NCBI GenBank assembly: GCA_977862235.1
Contig: OZ374561.1
Coordinates: forward strand, 2,108,001-2,172,000
Source: Dudresnaya verticillata
Lineage: Eukaryota
Length of the DNA stretch: 64,000 nucleotides
Reading direction: 5' to 3'
In this document: piece after piece, positions 1 to 10,486 of the stretch
Numbering within the stretch: position 1 is the stretch's first letter
How the letters are laid out: each line of letters begins with the position of its first letter
Made by a program: the position numbers and the translations under genes
The notes under the pieces: generated by a model
What the model was told of the DNA's origin: nothing
What the model saw: the letters and a program-made list of their open reading frames with translations, nothing else
Database searches by the model: none

Positions 1-381
1 AAGGGGAAATGTGTGCCTCTCAGCTACCCAGTCTTTCGCTGTAAAGCCTGTTTCAAATGCAAGTGTGGGGAGGGTGCGAGAAATAGAAGGTGCCGGTGCA
101 AGGCTTGTTTTGGGTGTCAGTGTAACAGCAAACAGCGGCAATGCAAGTGCATACATAGGAATGGATTTCGAACTTGTTGGTTTGACCGAATCCATTCCGT
201 GCCAAACAACTGCCGTGCCTCGAAGTGTCACTGCAATTGCCTAGTCATAAAGGGAAGGAGAACATGTTTTCGTTGCGATTGTGCGGATCGGAACAATAGG
301 TGGATGTCTCGTCCGCACTGCCCCGTTACACCCAGCATGAGTTCGTCACCGATGCCATGGTCGAGTCCGTCGCCAGAGTAA
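1..381 (+). CDS. Cys/Arg-rich secreted-family protein, copy 1 (5'-truncated by window edge; may be spliced to end at 494)
   Basis: Frame 1 is open from base 1 (KGKCVPLSYPVFRCKACFKCKC...) with 21 Cys. Twenty of them align one-to-one with the C-terminal domain of ORF 34249..35238 (CNSKxRxCxC, RxCWF, WxxxxHCP). Confidence 0.8.
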   Translation, partial: KGKCVPLSYPVFRCKACFKCKCGEGARNRRCRCKACFGCQCNSKQRQCKCIHRNGFRTCWFDRIHSVPNNCRASKCHCNCLVIKGRRTCFRCDCADRNNRWMSRPHCPVTPSMSSSPMPWSSPSPE

Positions 382-543
382 AGTGAGATTCTTGCTCGTA
401 TCGATATCAATGGAAAGAAATTGACTTAAACCTTCACTATAGCCTGGGATTCCGAAGACCTGCAAGGTTCAGCATTATGAATACCTGGGACTAGCATGTC
501 ATCTTGACATGGGTTCCTGGGCTGCGAAGATTCAGAGCTTCAG

Positions 544-636
544 CATTGGTAATTTGCCAAAAAGATCATTAGTTATTTGTCAGTAAAATCATTGGTATTT
601 TGTGAGTAAGATCATTGGTAATTTTCCAAGTAAGAT
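544..636. repeat. Degenerate 23-bp minisatellite, 4 copies
   Basis: Units: cattggtaatttgccaaaaagat / cattagttatttgtcagtaaaat / cattggtattttgtgagtaagat / cattggtaattttccaagtaagat. Confidence 0.85.
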
Positions 637-2507
637 CATGTAGTGCTCAAAAGGATAGCAGACAACGTGAAAACTTAGTCCCTGTCCGTCACAGACTGGC
701 TTCCGAACGAGTACGCGAAGCAGTTACAAGCAGGCATCAAATCGATTTAGCTCGTAGGATATGAGATTTGCTGTAATCATTATATAATATCATTCAGACC
801 TTTCTGAATTCAAATCAATAGCACAGCAGGTGTGCTTGCCCATGGGCCATCGTCGCCCGCACAAGACCACCCTAAACAACCATTAAAATCAAACATTACA
901 GCAATAAGAACAGAAAGCCTAACGTACAAGGCGGTAGCAAACAATTGTGTTCTGGAACCCAGCTTAGAAGCAAGTTCTTGCAGGATGCCCTACACCTTCT
1001 CATTAGGTTAGTAGGAACGCCTAGTACCCACAATATGGTAATACACCTGATCGCAATGCTGATGCTCTCACTGCGTCACTGGATTGATTTTTCTCCCACA
1101 CATATGATTCAGTACGTACACCACTTTCACTTAATGGCCATGAAGATATTGTGTGCTGTTGTATTATTGTACAGTCCGGCCGCTGGGGATAAAGTCATCG
1201 GTTGGGATATTCATATGAATGAATAATGAATTTCTATGTTCAGTACCTTGGTTATGTTACTTCTGTTACTTAACTGATGCGAGCAAGAACTGCAGCGTGG
1301 TTTGGTTCTAAAAAACAAGCACTTCCCAACCTACTTCCCTACTAGGCTGCTGCTACCCTCTTGAATCAAATGCCTAGATCCCTTCCCCAGACTGAGCTGT
1401 TCGCGTTTGAGTTTGGGTGTTTCGGGACGTTCGCTCCCTGCTAATTGCTTTCTACATTTCCAGTTCGACTCAACTGCTTTTGGTCGAATTGACCGACTTT
1501 AGAACAATTTTTGAAGATGCTTTCACGCAATCGCAATCGCCAAGCACCACTGTTACTCCTCTTGATCAAATATCTGAGAGAAAGTCCGTCGATTAACCCT
1601 TCGAGAGACACAATAGTGTTTGGGAAGGTCGAGAAGCAAGGTGAGGCCCATCAGCAGTTCATCATGAACTGCTAGCGTTGCTGCTGCTATCATCCTAGGT
1701 TAGGATTCCTATAATGGGATGTCAAGATATCTTCCGAGAGGTTGCTACGCTCGCCACGAGGCATACTTTGTGGAAGTACTATTGGCTATCTTTGATCTTT
1801 GATGCTTACCATTGAGGCCTAACAAATCCTTCCAATTACCAACTACAGTAGTACTACAAGTGTAGTTGTATACCGTGAGTGGTTCCGTCCTGAATAGTCC
1901 TTTAATAGAGAGAGTTCATCTCTATGTGTGGTCTTTACTGAACTCCAGAGGGAAGGGAATGGTAAGTGTGTGTGAACTGAGAATACAGCACTATTGTCGA
2001 ACTTTACAGTTTCTACGCATTGAGGCTAATATTCTATGACAGAATTCTGTGCTTCTAGCCCGCAACGCTTGCAACGAGTTGCGCCCGAACAGAGTGGCAG
2101 CGAGGAGTGAGGAGCTCTGCTTGCTCGATAAAACTGCGCATCTCGCTGAAAACTGAAGTGCAATTTAGACAGAGAGAGGGAAACAGACCTTTACTTCCTT
2201 CTACGGATGTGAGCGCTCTCTGCATGGGTAGTACCACAAATAGGAGCTTCTGCGTTTCCAAGACACATTTCGTGTTCGATGCTTGATTCCATTTGTGCAA
2301 TGTCAGCACAAAGCATGAGAGACGCCCGTAACAGAATCTGTCGTCTAGGAGAGTAAAAACGTTGCGTAATAGAATGCATAATATGTTAGCAGGTTACAGA
2401 AGATTTGAAGAACCGCCCAGGAAAGCGAACTTGTCCGGATTCATTTACAATAGGCAAGGGTTAAAGAACTGGTAAGGCGCTATGGGGAAGCCTAACTACT
2501 CCAAGTG

Positions 2508-4166
2508 CTATACAGCCACAGTATTAGGAGGCACTTCAACATATTTGGAATGCTGTGCAGCGGACATGCGCTCCTTCCTACTCGGCAATTTTGCTGGTTT
2601 TGGATGCTCCAAGCTCGACCGTCGAATGCACTCCACTCTCAACTGCTCCATCGTCGAGTGCGTCGCATGCGACATGAGCCCGTCTATCAAAAAACCTGGT
2701 GCAGGGACGGCTGTTGCTGCGAGCAGTGAGCATTTGAGTAAGCACCTCCCATCGCTTCTTTCAACCGCCTGCCATCTTCCTTTGTACTGCTTCACCCCCA
2801 ACCCACGTTCCAGGTCCATCGTGACCACCCGCTCCTCCTTGTCCTCTAATACGTTTAGCACCATCTCCATCGGAATAGTCAGCATCAAAAATGAGTGACA
2901 TTGTACCATACGCACAGTGAGCTCCGTCTCGCTTCGTCTCTGCAAAACCTCGCTCGCCGAGGCATCGCGGATAAACTCGTGAAAGCCGTTGTAGTCGCAC
3001 AACACCTCATATGCAATGCTCGCAGGGGCAGGCACAAGAACACTAGCATCGACCTGCCGCGCACCGCCACCCCTTGCTCGAAGCGTCAACCGTGGGGTGC
3101 TAAGGTCCATCATGGAAGGCAAAGCCAACCTCAGATAAAACTCCTCGCGTCGGCCAGGTTGGGTCCCCTTCGACAATGCAATTCTCCCACCGCGCCTTGC
3201 AGAAAGATAGCCCTTTCGCGACCGCAACACGATGCGATCGTCCTTGGCAACTGTCCGCACGAAGAACCTCTCCCCCTGCGGTCCGTCGCCCTCGCCAGTA
3301 CCGCCCTCCTCTGCAGCGGCGACAAGCTCGTTAAGCTCGGGGCCAAATCCAAGCGGGAGGCCGCGCGAGTCGCGCAGCACGGTGCTGCAAGTGGGGCTGT
3401 CATACTCTAGGGTGAAGCCGTCCCACCCAGCATCCTTGCCACCAGCGGCGGCGAGCGGGGCGCCAGGCTTGGACGCTAGGAACCATCCACGCGCCCGAGA
3501 CTGCAGTCGAACAGGGATGATGCGTGGGGCAGCATAGGCCGTGGCGAGCGTGCAGTCGGAAGGTGGAGGCTCGGTGGGGGCCGAGCGAAGCGTGGGCGGG
3601 AGCGGGACGGCGTTGATAAGAAGCGGGGCGGGGCTCTGCGAACAGACCCTGGCGCGGCTGGTGGCGGGATGGACGGAGAGGTAGCGCGCGGCGGAGCAGA
3701 CGCAGGCGAGCGAGACAGCGGCTGGGTGGGAGGACGAGGCGCGCAGGTCGAAGACTGCTGCGTGGGCCTCCGACGTGGTTAGCGAGAGCGTGCCGGTGTC
3801 CGGATCGACTCGGATCCAGGCGCGCGGGGAGGTCTGAGTCGGGTGGGCTGTGGCCAGACGCGCGCGGTCCGGGTGAGCTGGCTGGGTATGGTCGTAGTGC
3901 AGCAGGAAGAGCGTGTGCGGGAGCGGGGTGTCCGCCGGCGAGGTCCAACCCAGCGGCTCGTCGGGGTGGAGCGGGGACGCGTGGTGCGAGAGGACCAGGC
4001 TGCGGTTCGGGGTGCGGATGCGGATGAGGGTGCCCGACAGGAGCGCGACCTCCTCGCGGTCGACTGCGGCGATGCCGAGGACGTGCAGCACGCGGTGGAC
4101 GTAGGTCCAAAGGGAGTACACGGCAGTCCAGCGGCCGCCCCAGCGCGACTGTGGCAGCGCGCCCAT
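2508..4166 (-). CDS. Fascin-like beta-trefoil repeats fused to a C-terminal START/SRPBCC (polyketide cyclase-like) domain
   Basis: Fascin-type repeat ERFFVRTVAKDDRIVLRSRKGYLSARRGG...GRREEFYL, plus similar units. SRPBCC-type segment VDASVLVPAPASIAYEVLCDY...KQYKGRWQAVE...PAPGFLIDGLM. First ATG is at 4166; the track start at 4184 is TTG. Confidence 0.75.
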   Translation of the reverse strand: MGALPQSRWGGRWTAVYSLWTYVHRVLHVLGIAAVDREEVALLSGTLIRIRTPNRSLVLSHHASPLHPDEPLGWTSPADTPLPHTLFLLHYDHTQPAHPDRARLATAHPTQTSPRAWIRVDPDTGTLSLTTSEAHAAVFDLRASSSHPAAVSLACVCSAARYLSVHPATSRARVCSQSPAPLLINAVPLPPTLRSAPTEPPPSDCTLATAYAAPRIIPVRLQSRARGWFLASKPGAPLAAAGGKDAGWDGFTLEYDSPTCSTVLRDSRGLPLGFGPELNELVAAAEEGGTGEGDGPQGERFFVRTVAKDDRIVLRSRKGYLSARRGGRIALSKGTQPGRREEFYLRLALPSMMDLSTPRLTLRARGGGARQVDASVLVPAPASIAYEVLCDYNGFHEFIRDASASEVLQRRSETELTVRMVQCHSFLMLTIPMEMVLNVLEDKEERVVTMDLERGLGVKQYKGRWQAVERSDGRCLLKCSLLAATAVPAPGFLIDGLMSHATHSTMEQLRVECIRRSSLEHPKPAKLPSRKERMSAAQHSKYVEVPPNTVAV

Positions 4167-4534
4167 TGCTGTTGAACGATGCAAGGTGGCGAGGGGGGAG
4201 GGGGAGAGACGGCGGGGAGTTCGGTAAAATGAGGGAGAGGGTGGAGGGCATTCGTGGAGGGAGGGGGTGGACGGCGAGCGGCTGTGAGCGGTGCGTTCGA
4301 CAGTCCTGCGGTGAGCAGGTGTCCCATGGCAGGCAGTTTCATTGGTAGAGAGAGGAACAACATGGACTCAGCTCCAGTCAGAATAAGAGGCGGCGTATCT
4401 CAGCCGCCCGCGGCACCGGTTGGAAAGAAAAATCTTCGATTCAGCCGCCGTCAGTGCACAATCTGCTGATCTTGCAACCGCGTCGCTTCGAACCAAGACA
4501 GGCCGCAGCAATCTCATGAACCTTGCCGACTTTG

Positions 4535-5368
4535 CTACTCGGCCTCCTTCCTAACAAGCTCTATCCTCACGTCGTGCCCTGCAATCCGCCCCAGCCCGCT
4601 GCGGAACCACTTGAACGCGCTCACCGCCACGTCCCTCTCACAAAACGCAACCACAATCACGTCGCCATCCCACACCGGCGCCGCCCTGAGCCTCCCAAAT
4701 TCGTCAAACTTTCTCTCGACAGCCTTCATCTTCCCGTCCTTCGGAAACTCGAAAACGCGCAGCGCGCACGCCTCCACATCGCCATCCACCTTGGGCACCA
4801 GCAAGTCAGGCTCAACAGTGTCCTCCTCCCTCGCCTCCTTCACAAACTCCTCTCCAAGCACCCCCTCGTCCAGCATCGCCACATCGCGCTTTTCCTTACC
4901 AACCACCACCGGCACCACCTCAAGCAACTTCTTCACCTCCTCCGACAGCCCCCCACTCGACTGCACAGCGCTGACCCTAGCGTCCACGGCGCCAATGCGC
5001 GCCACGCCTCCGCGGAACCAGCCCAGCGCGGCCGCGCGCGCGTCCTTGGCGCAGAACGTGACGCGCACGGAGCCGTCCTCGCGGCGCGTGGGCGCGCAGC
5101 GCAGCGCGCCGATGTCGCAGAAGCGGCGCTGCACCGTGGGCAGCGGGAAGTCGGGCGGCAGGCCGACCACGTCCAGCGCGCACGCGCCAACGTCCGGGTC
5201 GTTGCGCTGCGCGCCCTGCTCCGGCGGGTGGGTCGGCTGCGCGCGATGCGCGCGCGGCGGGGCGTCTGTGTCGTCCTCCATGTCGGCCGCCGTGAAACTG
5301 GCCATGTCGAACTGCTGGGCTGTGCGGCGCGGGTCGTCCTCCGGGTTTGTCGGGAACACGTCCTGCAT
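4535..5368 (-). CDS. Protein with two divergent RRM-like repeats
   Basis: Internal duplication: CALDVVGLPPD...RRFCDIGALR...VTFCAKDARAAALGWFRGG versus CALRVFEFPKD...RKFDEFGRLR...VAFCERDVAVSAFKWFRSG. First in-frame ATG is at 5368. Confidence 0.65.
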   Translation of the reverse strand: MQDVFPTNPEDDPRRTAQQFDMASFTAADMEDDTDAPPRAHRAQPTHPPEQGAQRNDPDVGACALDVVGLPPDFPLPTVQRRFCDIGALRCAPTRREDGSVRVTFCAKDARAAALGWFRGGVARIGAVDARVSAVQSSGGLSEEVKKLLEVVPVVVGKEKRDVAMLDEGVLGEEFVKEAREEDTVEPDLLVPKVDGDVEACALRVFEFPKDGKMKAVERKFDEFGRLRAAPVWDGDVIVVAFCERDVAVSAFKWFRSGLGRIAGHDVRIELVRKEAE

Positions 5369-6773
5369 GTTGGGGGGTTGGGCGCGCGCGGGTGGTGCGG
5401 GTGCGCGGGGGGTTGGGATTCGTAATGCGCGGGGCGGCGGGGGCGGGGTGCTCGGAAAGTTGGGGAGAGATGGAGCCGGGCGGGTGGGAAGGTGCTTTTT
5501 ATGTTGGGGTCGTTGGGGGGGTTTGGGAGAAAGGGCGCGAGGCGTGTAGGGATCAGCGGTTTTGATCCGAGCAGTCGCGCTCTGCAGGCGGGAAAGGCGG
5601 GTGTTGGCCAATCATGGCGCGCCACAGTTTTCAAGCGATAGTCCGTCGGCAACTCGATCTTCGGTTTGACTTTAGAGCGTTGGCGATCCTGCCCTTCAGT
5701 GCTGTCGATGTCGGTGTCGACGGGTTTGCTATCGACAAGGAGTTCGGAGCCTAGATTTTGCGAGGAAGATCAAAGAGTAGATATGCCTCCATTGTTTTCT
5801 GAGACTCACATCGTGTGCAGCCAGACCTTCGAGAAGAGAATGACATATCGCCACAGTGAGCGCCTCCTTAATTGTCTCAACGCAATGTGCAAGTTTATTC
5901 TTCGGCTCCACTGCAATCTTTTTGAATTCGCGATCCGCAGGAAGCGCAATGCGATGCAAGCATCATGCTTGAAACGATCTCTGCGTGATTGTCTTCAATG
6001 TTAAACAACAGCAGAAAGTAAATTGTGTATGGCGGATGACCTCACTTACCTCCAACCGACTGCTCTAAAGAGCAAAGTTTACTACTCCACGACCAAGCCT
6101 CCCGCATAATCCGGAATTATTAGGGACGTCGCCTGCCGTCACTTTTGTAGTGCCCTACAAATTCCAACGGTAGCCGCAGGTGTCCAACGCGCGGGCCTTC
6201 GAAGTAGGACTTGCTGACAGTGGACGATACTTTGCAAATTCAGCACCACTGTGGCGTGCACTCGCAATCTTCGCTCCGCGCCTTTCCACGCGACACGCAC
6301 GAGTCACCTGCGTTCCACACCCTCCCGCCGCCCCCGCGCAACGCCCGCCTGTCGCCAACATCGCGCTGACATCGCCAGTCTGCTGCATGTCCGCGCGTGG
6401 TGTTGACTGCAATCAACACATTTTCCAAAACCTGAAAACCTTTTGATCTGCTCCATTCCCGCTCGGAATCATTGATTTCTGACACATTCTCTTCTCTGCC
6501 TTGCATTCGCATGCAATCGCATGCACCCCAGCGCTGCGTCCCGTCCATAGCCCCCCCGCGGAATGCTCCCGGCTGCCGTGCGAGCAAACCTGTTCCCACA
6601 CAGACCCGTGCGCAATATATCAACCTAACAAGACTGCAGCGCCCCGCAACGCGGAGCTATTCTGTACCTCACCTCCCCACATTTTCCAGCGAGTTGTGGA
6701 TGGGCCTGTCGCTGATCTAGGACGCGTGATTCCCCGTGCTCTCAAGACTGCAAGTTGCACCCTTTTCTGATCG

Positions 6774-8321
6774 ATGGTTGTGAAGCGAAGAACTCGACGC
6801 AGTGACACTGGCACGGAATCGCCGGACGAGCTGCAATCCCCGTCGCCGTCGTCCGCACGCGAGCACCGCGATTCAGACGACAAGACCCCGCCGCCGGACG
6901 TCGCTATCGCGTACGCAGCGAAGAAAACCATGTCGCCCAGACTTATTTCCCACTGCGTCGTCGCGCTGCTCATGCTGCTTGCCGGGTGGTTTGCGCGAGG
7001 CGTCAAGGAAGCAGCGCCTGCAGCATCTGGTGAAAAGGTCCAAAGTCCGCCGTGGTGGCTTGAGGAAGGCGAGGACGACTTCTTCTCCCGCACTTACGTC
7101 GACGGTTTGTCAGGCGTTCGCAAGTTAACACAGAAAAACTTTTTCACCGGCATGTGCGGCAGGTATCGTTTCGATGTCGACATTATGCCGACGGCTTCCG
7201 TTATTGTCACATTGCAGAACGAACAGCAGGGTATGCTAACGCTTACTGTGCATACGATTTTGGCCCGGACTCCGCCCTCTTTGCTGAAGGAGATTATCAT
7301 CGTCGACGATAACGGCCTCGGAGAAGCCGTTCGCGGTCCGGTCAATGAAACTGAGCTGGACGAACTAAGGAAGTGCAGCCCCAAGGTGAAGATAATAACC
7401 AACAAGAACCGTGAAGGCGTAGCACGTTGTAGGATGAGGGGCGCAAGAATGGCGACGGGCGAAGTCCTCGTGTTTGTGGATAGCCATATTGAAATGCTCA
7501 GCGCAACGTGGCTGCAGCATCTCCTGGTCCCAATTGCCGAAAACCCGAAAACGCTTGCGGCACAGACTCTTGATATCATCAACGACTTAGACTGGACTTA
7601 TGGAACTGGAAGCGGAGACTTGCTGTACGGCGTTATCACGGACGACTTTTGGTTTGGCTATCAGAGATCAAGATTCGGAGGTCCGGAAGATAAGGGCGCC
7701 GAACGGGAAGCTCCCGGGAGACGACTGCCGTACGAAACTCCATTCGCCGCGGGAAGCTTGTTTGCGATCCGAAGGGATGAGTTTATGCGTCTTGGAGGTT
7801 ACGACGAGGGCATGTACGTGTGGGGCGGCGAAAACACCGACTTTGCCATCAAGGTTTGGGCTTGCGGGGGGCGGTTGGTGATGGTTCCTTGCTCTCGAGT
7901 AGGGCACATGTACCGCATCCACATGAAATCGGTAGGCGGATGGCCTCCTCACATCCCACAAAGCCTTACCGATCGCCTTGGATTGGGACGAGAGGCAGCG
8001 TTCGTTGTCAACAATGCCGCTGCTGACAACTTTACCAAGATTATCACCAGGAACAATATCCGGGTTTTGGAGCGGTGGGCGAAGACGTCGAATGCACGAA
8101 CTGGATATTATAAGAAGTTGTTCGGAACTGAAATTCTACCCGAGGAATGGCAGATGTTTGCCGATGAGATGAAGAACGACGGATATGCACAAGCGCAAGA
8201 GAAGCTTATCGAGCACAACGGTTGTCGGAACTTTGACTGGTTTGACAAGCACGTCTACGTCAAGCTAACTGGTGTTCATCATCCATGGCATCCAGATAAC
8301 CCGGGCCGAACATGGGTCTAG
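6774..8321 (+). CDS. GT27 polypeptide N-acetylgalactosaminyltransferase-like protein, without ricin lectin domain
   Basis: Type II TM segment, LLKEIIIVDD, FVDSHIE (DxH), GYDEGMYVWGGEN and PCSRVGH. The ORF ends soon after CRNFDWFDKHVY. Confidence 0.9.
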   Translation: MVVKRRTRRSDTGTESPDELQSPSPSSAREHRDSDDKTPPPDVAIAYAAKKTMSPRLISHCVVALLMLLAGWFARGVKEAAPAASGEKVQSPPWWLEEGEDDFFSRTYVDGLSGVRKLTQKNFFTGMCGRYRFDVDIMPTASVIVTLQNEQQGMLTLTVHTILARTPPSLLKEIIIVDDNGLGEAVRGPVNETELDELRKCSPKVKIITNKNREGVARCRMRGARMATGEVLVFVDSHIEMLSATWLQHLLVPIAENPKTLAAQTLDIINDLDWTYGTGSGDLLYGVITDDFWFGYQRSRFGGPEDKGAEREAPGRRLPYETPFAAGSLFAIRRDEFMRLGGYDEGMYVWGGENTDFAIKVWACGGRLVMVPCSRVGHMYRIHMKSVGGWPPHIPQSLTDRLGLGREAAFVVNNAAADNFTKIITRNNIRVLERWAKTSNARTGYYKKLFGTEILPEEWQMFADEMKNDGYAQAQEKLIEHNGCRNFDWFDKHVYVKLTGVHHPWHPDNPGRTWV

Positions 8322-8703
8322 CTCCCCCGAACTTTTGTAGATTATATGTTTGAACAGTTATAAAAGTACAAGGCGGATCCCATGGCGTGTATGTAGAGGC
8401 TTCATTCCAATACTGTCTGTCGTACTTTTGTGTTTTCAATGCAGAAGAGTTGAGAAGAACGTCGTTTATGCAATATACAGTAGGTTTGATTCATCAAAGT
8501 CGCATCTCCGTCAAGAGCCTTGCCTCGGATCTGTGACGGAGGAAGATGCGGTCCTGTGCTACAGCACAGGAGGCCTGTCCCAGTGCAGAAAAAAAAATGG
8601 CGCAGAGCGAGGCTTACTGCTTCCGACGCTCGGCGACAAGGCGTGTTCAAAGGACCCACGGCCACTGCCAGTCGAGAAAACTGCTGTGGAAAAAGAAAAA
8701 GAG

Positions 8704-8774
8704 TACGCCGGCCGGGAATTGAACCCGGGTCTCGCCCGTGGCAGGGGCGTATGCTACCACTATACCACCGGCGT
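8704..8774 (-). tRNA. tRNA-Gly (GCC)
   Basis: The reverse complement folds as a cloverleaf: ACGCCGG TG GTAT AGTGGTA GCAT A CGCCC CT GCC AC GGGCG AGAC CCGGG TTCAATT CCCGG CCGGCGT A. T-runs follow (Pol III terminator). Confidence 0.95.
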
Positions 8775-9907
8775 ATTTGAATACCAGTTGTCGATTTGCA
8801 TCTAATTCACTGTATTTAACCGTTCTATGCTCATGACGATCTGTAAATTTGAAAAATTGCATAGAAAAACCTTTACATGAAGTAGATTTCTCAAAGCCCC
8901 CAGGAGGGATGGGATATCGCTTCACTGGAGTGGGGGTGAAGAACAATTCAACATAGTAAAGAGGTTGGGTGTGGAGAGGAGTCAAGGGCGTTCCCTTCTT
9001 GAGCGAGAACCTGCTGGTAGAGAAAGCGGGTAATGTTGACTGGCCCTGAGCTTCTTGCAGAACTGTGTTCTTGTCGACTCGAAGCTATTTATCAGCCGTC
9101 GAAAAAACTGACCCCTGCATTGCGCTGGTTCGACAAGCGGGATACTTTGTTCCGCGTTACCATATCGCTCGTAGCGAACAATTCTTGCAAGCAAATCGTA
9201 GCAGTCCTATTGCGGCATTTGACCCACATAACGGGAGCTTCTTCTCGTTAAGAATCTGTAGTTGCATGCGTAAGGCGTTGAGAGGCCCTCTTCATGCGTA
9301 CAACGTGAGAAACAGGGAACTATTGCGCGCCTATGGCGTAGTCACAAACCCCCCGAGGCTCCTTTTAGAGTAGCTTTCCTTGCGATCCTCCTGCGATGGT
9401 CGCAGAAGTGCGAGTCTGTTGAGGTACTCTTGGACATCTGGGATAGAGGTAATGGCAGTAGTATTGTTCTGAAGTTGTTGACCCGCAACAGCCGCGACAA
9501 GCAGTTTGTTTGTTTGCTGATGGGTACGTCCACTAGCAATATCGAGCCCTGTGACATTTCCACAAGTCTACATAATAGGCTATCGTTAGCGGTGTCCCGC
9601 GAGCATGTGTTTCTCCAACAGCTGTTTCGTATGTCGAGCACTCTAACCTTTATCCGAAAGTTAAGTGAGGCGCGTCTACTAAACTGTATGGGTGCGCATA
9701 TACAGATCTAGCTCTCCGTGAGATCGCACAGCAGTTCTTGGCACTGGGTTTCCAACTACAAGAACATAGGGCAGCGCTCTCAAACATTAGCATAAAAATC
9801 GTCAACAAATACCCCATGGGGCTGCGATCGTTGTCCGGGACTCCAGTGTGAACGGCCCTACTGCATTCGCAAACGCTTCGCAAAACATCGGACAGCAGTT
9901 GGAGTAA

Positions 9908-10486
9908 TTACTCAGCGGTGACGGGGAACTCGAATGTCACGTCCTTGCCAGTAAGCTTCTTGTACACGGATTGGAAAGTCTGGGTCTTGTACTCAGCATT
10001 CTGCTGGTCCTTCGGGTCCAAGAAGACTCTCAGCAAGCGGGATCCATCGACCTTGTACCGGATGCGCTTCCCAACGATCTCGGTCGGGAAGACAAGATCC
10101 TCTAGGATCTGCTCGTGGACGCTAGTGAGGGTACGCGAGCGCGGGCGCTTCTGCTTCTGCAGACGACCGCCCTTCTTCTCACGCGGAAGAATTCTGCGCT
10201 GGGCAACGATAATCACGGGCTTGCCGGAAAACTTCTTCTCCAATTCGCGCACGAGCCGGGTCTGGATCTTGTGGAACTTGTTGAGCAAACGGAACGGGAC
10301 GAAAATGACGACGGCGGTCTTGCCGCCAGGGCACTCGACCTCCTTGGCGGAAGAGATGAAGAGCTCACGAAGCTCGGCCTTGATCTCGGAACCGCTGGCC
10401 TCGAGGTCGGCAAGGGCCTGGGCGACGTGCTCCTCAAACGCGTCTGGTGCGGCGCCCTTCTCCTTCTGGATTTTGTGCGGAGCCAT
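9908..10486 (-). CDS. RPS7: 40S ribosomal protein S7 (eS7)
   Basis: Motifs [45 protein letters not shown] and [15 protein letters not shown]. Likely ATG at 10486 (MAPHKIQK). Intronless. Confidence 0.97.
   Translation of the reverse strand: MAPHKIQKEKGAAPDAFEEHVAQALADLEASGSEIKAELRELFISSAKEVECPGGKTAVVIFVPFRLLNKFHKIQTRLVRELEKKFSGKPVIIVAQRRILPREKKGGRLQKQKRPRSRTLTSVHEQILEDLVFPTEIVGKRIRYKVDGSRLLRVFLDPKDQQNAEYKTQTFQSVYKKLTGKDVTFEFPVTAE

Noticed and set aside
1..381. Calling the Cys-rich proteins metallothioneins
   Set aside because: Full-length paralogues have signal peptides, a prodomain, aromatic residues and a high Arg content. This fits disulfide-bonded secreted proteins better than cytosolic metallothioneins, although metal binding is not excluded.
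8980..9890. Short ORF fragments here and at 5.7-6.0 kb, 26-28 kb and 57-58.3 kb as possible transposon remnants
   Set aside because: No reverse transcriptase, integrase or transposase motifs, LTRs or TIRs were recognisable by eye.
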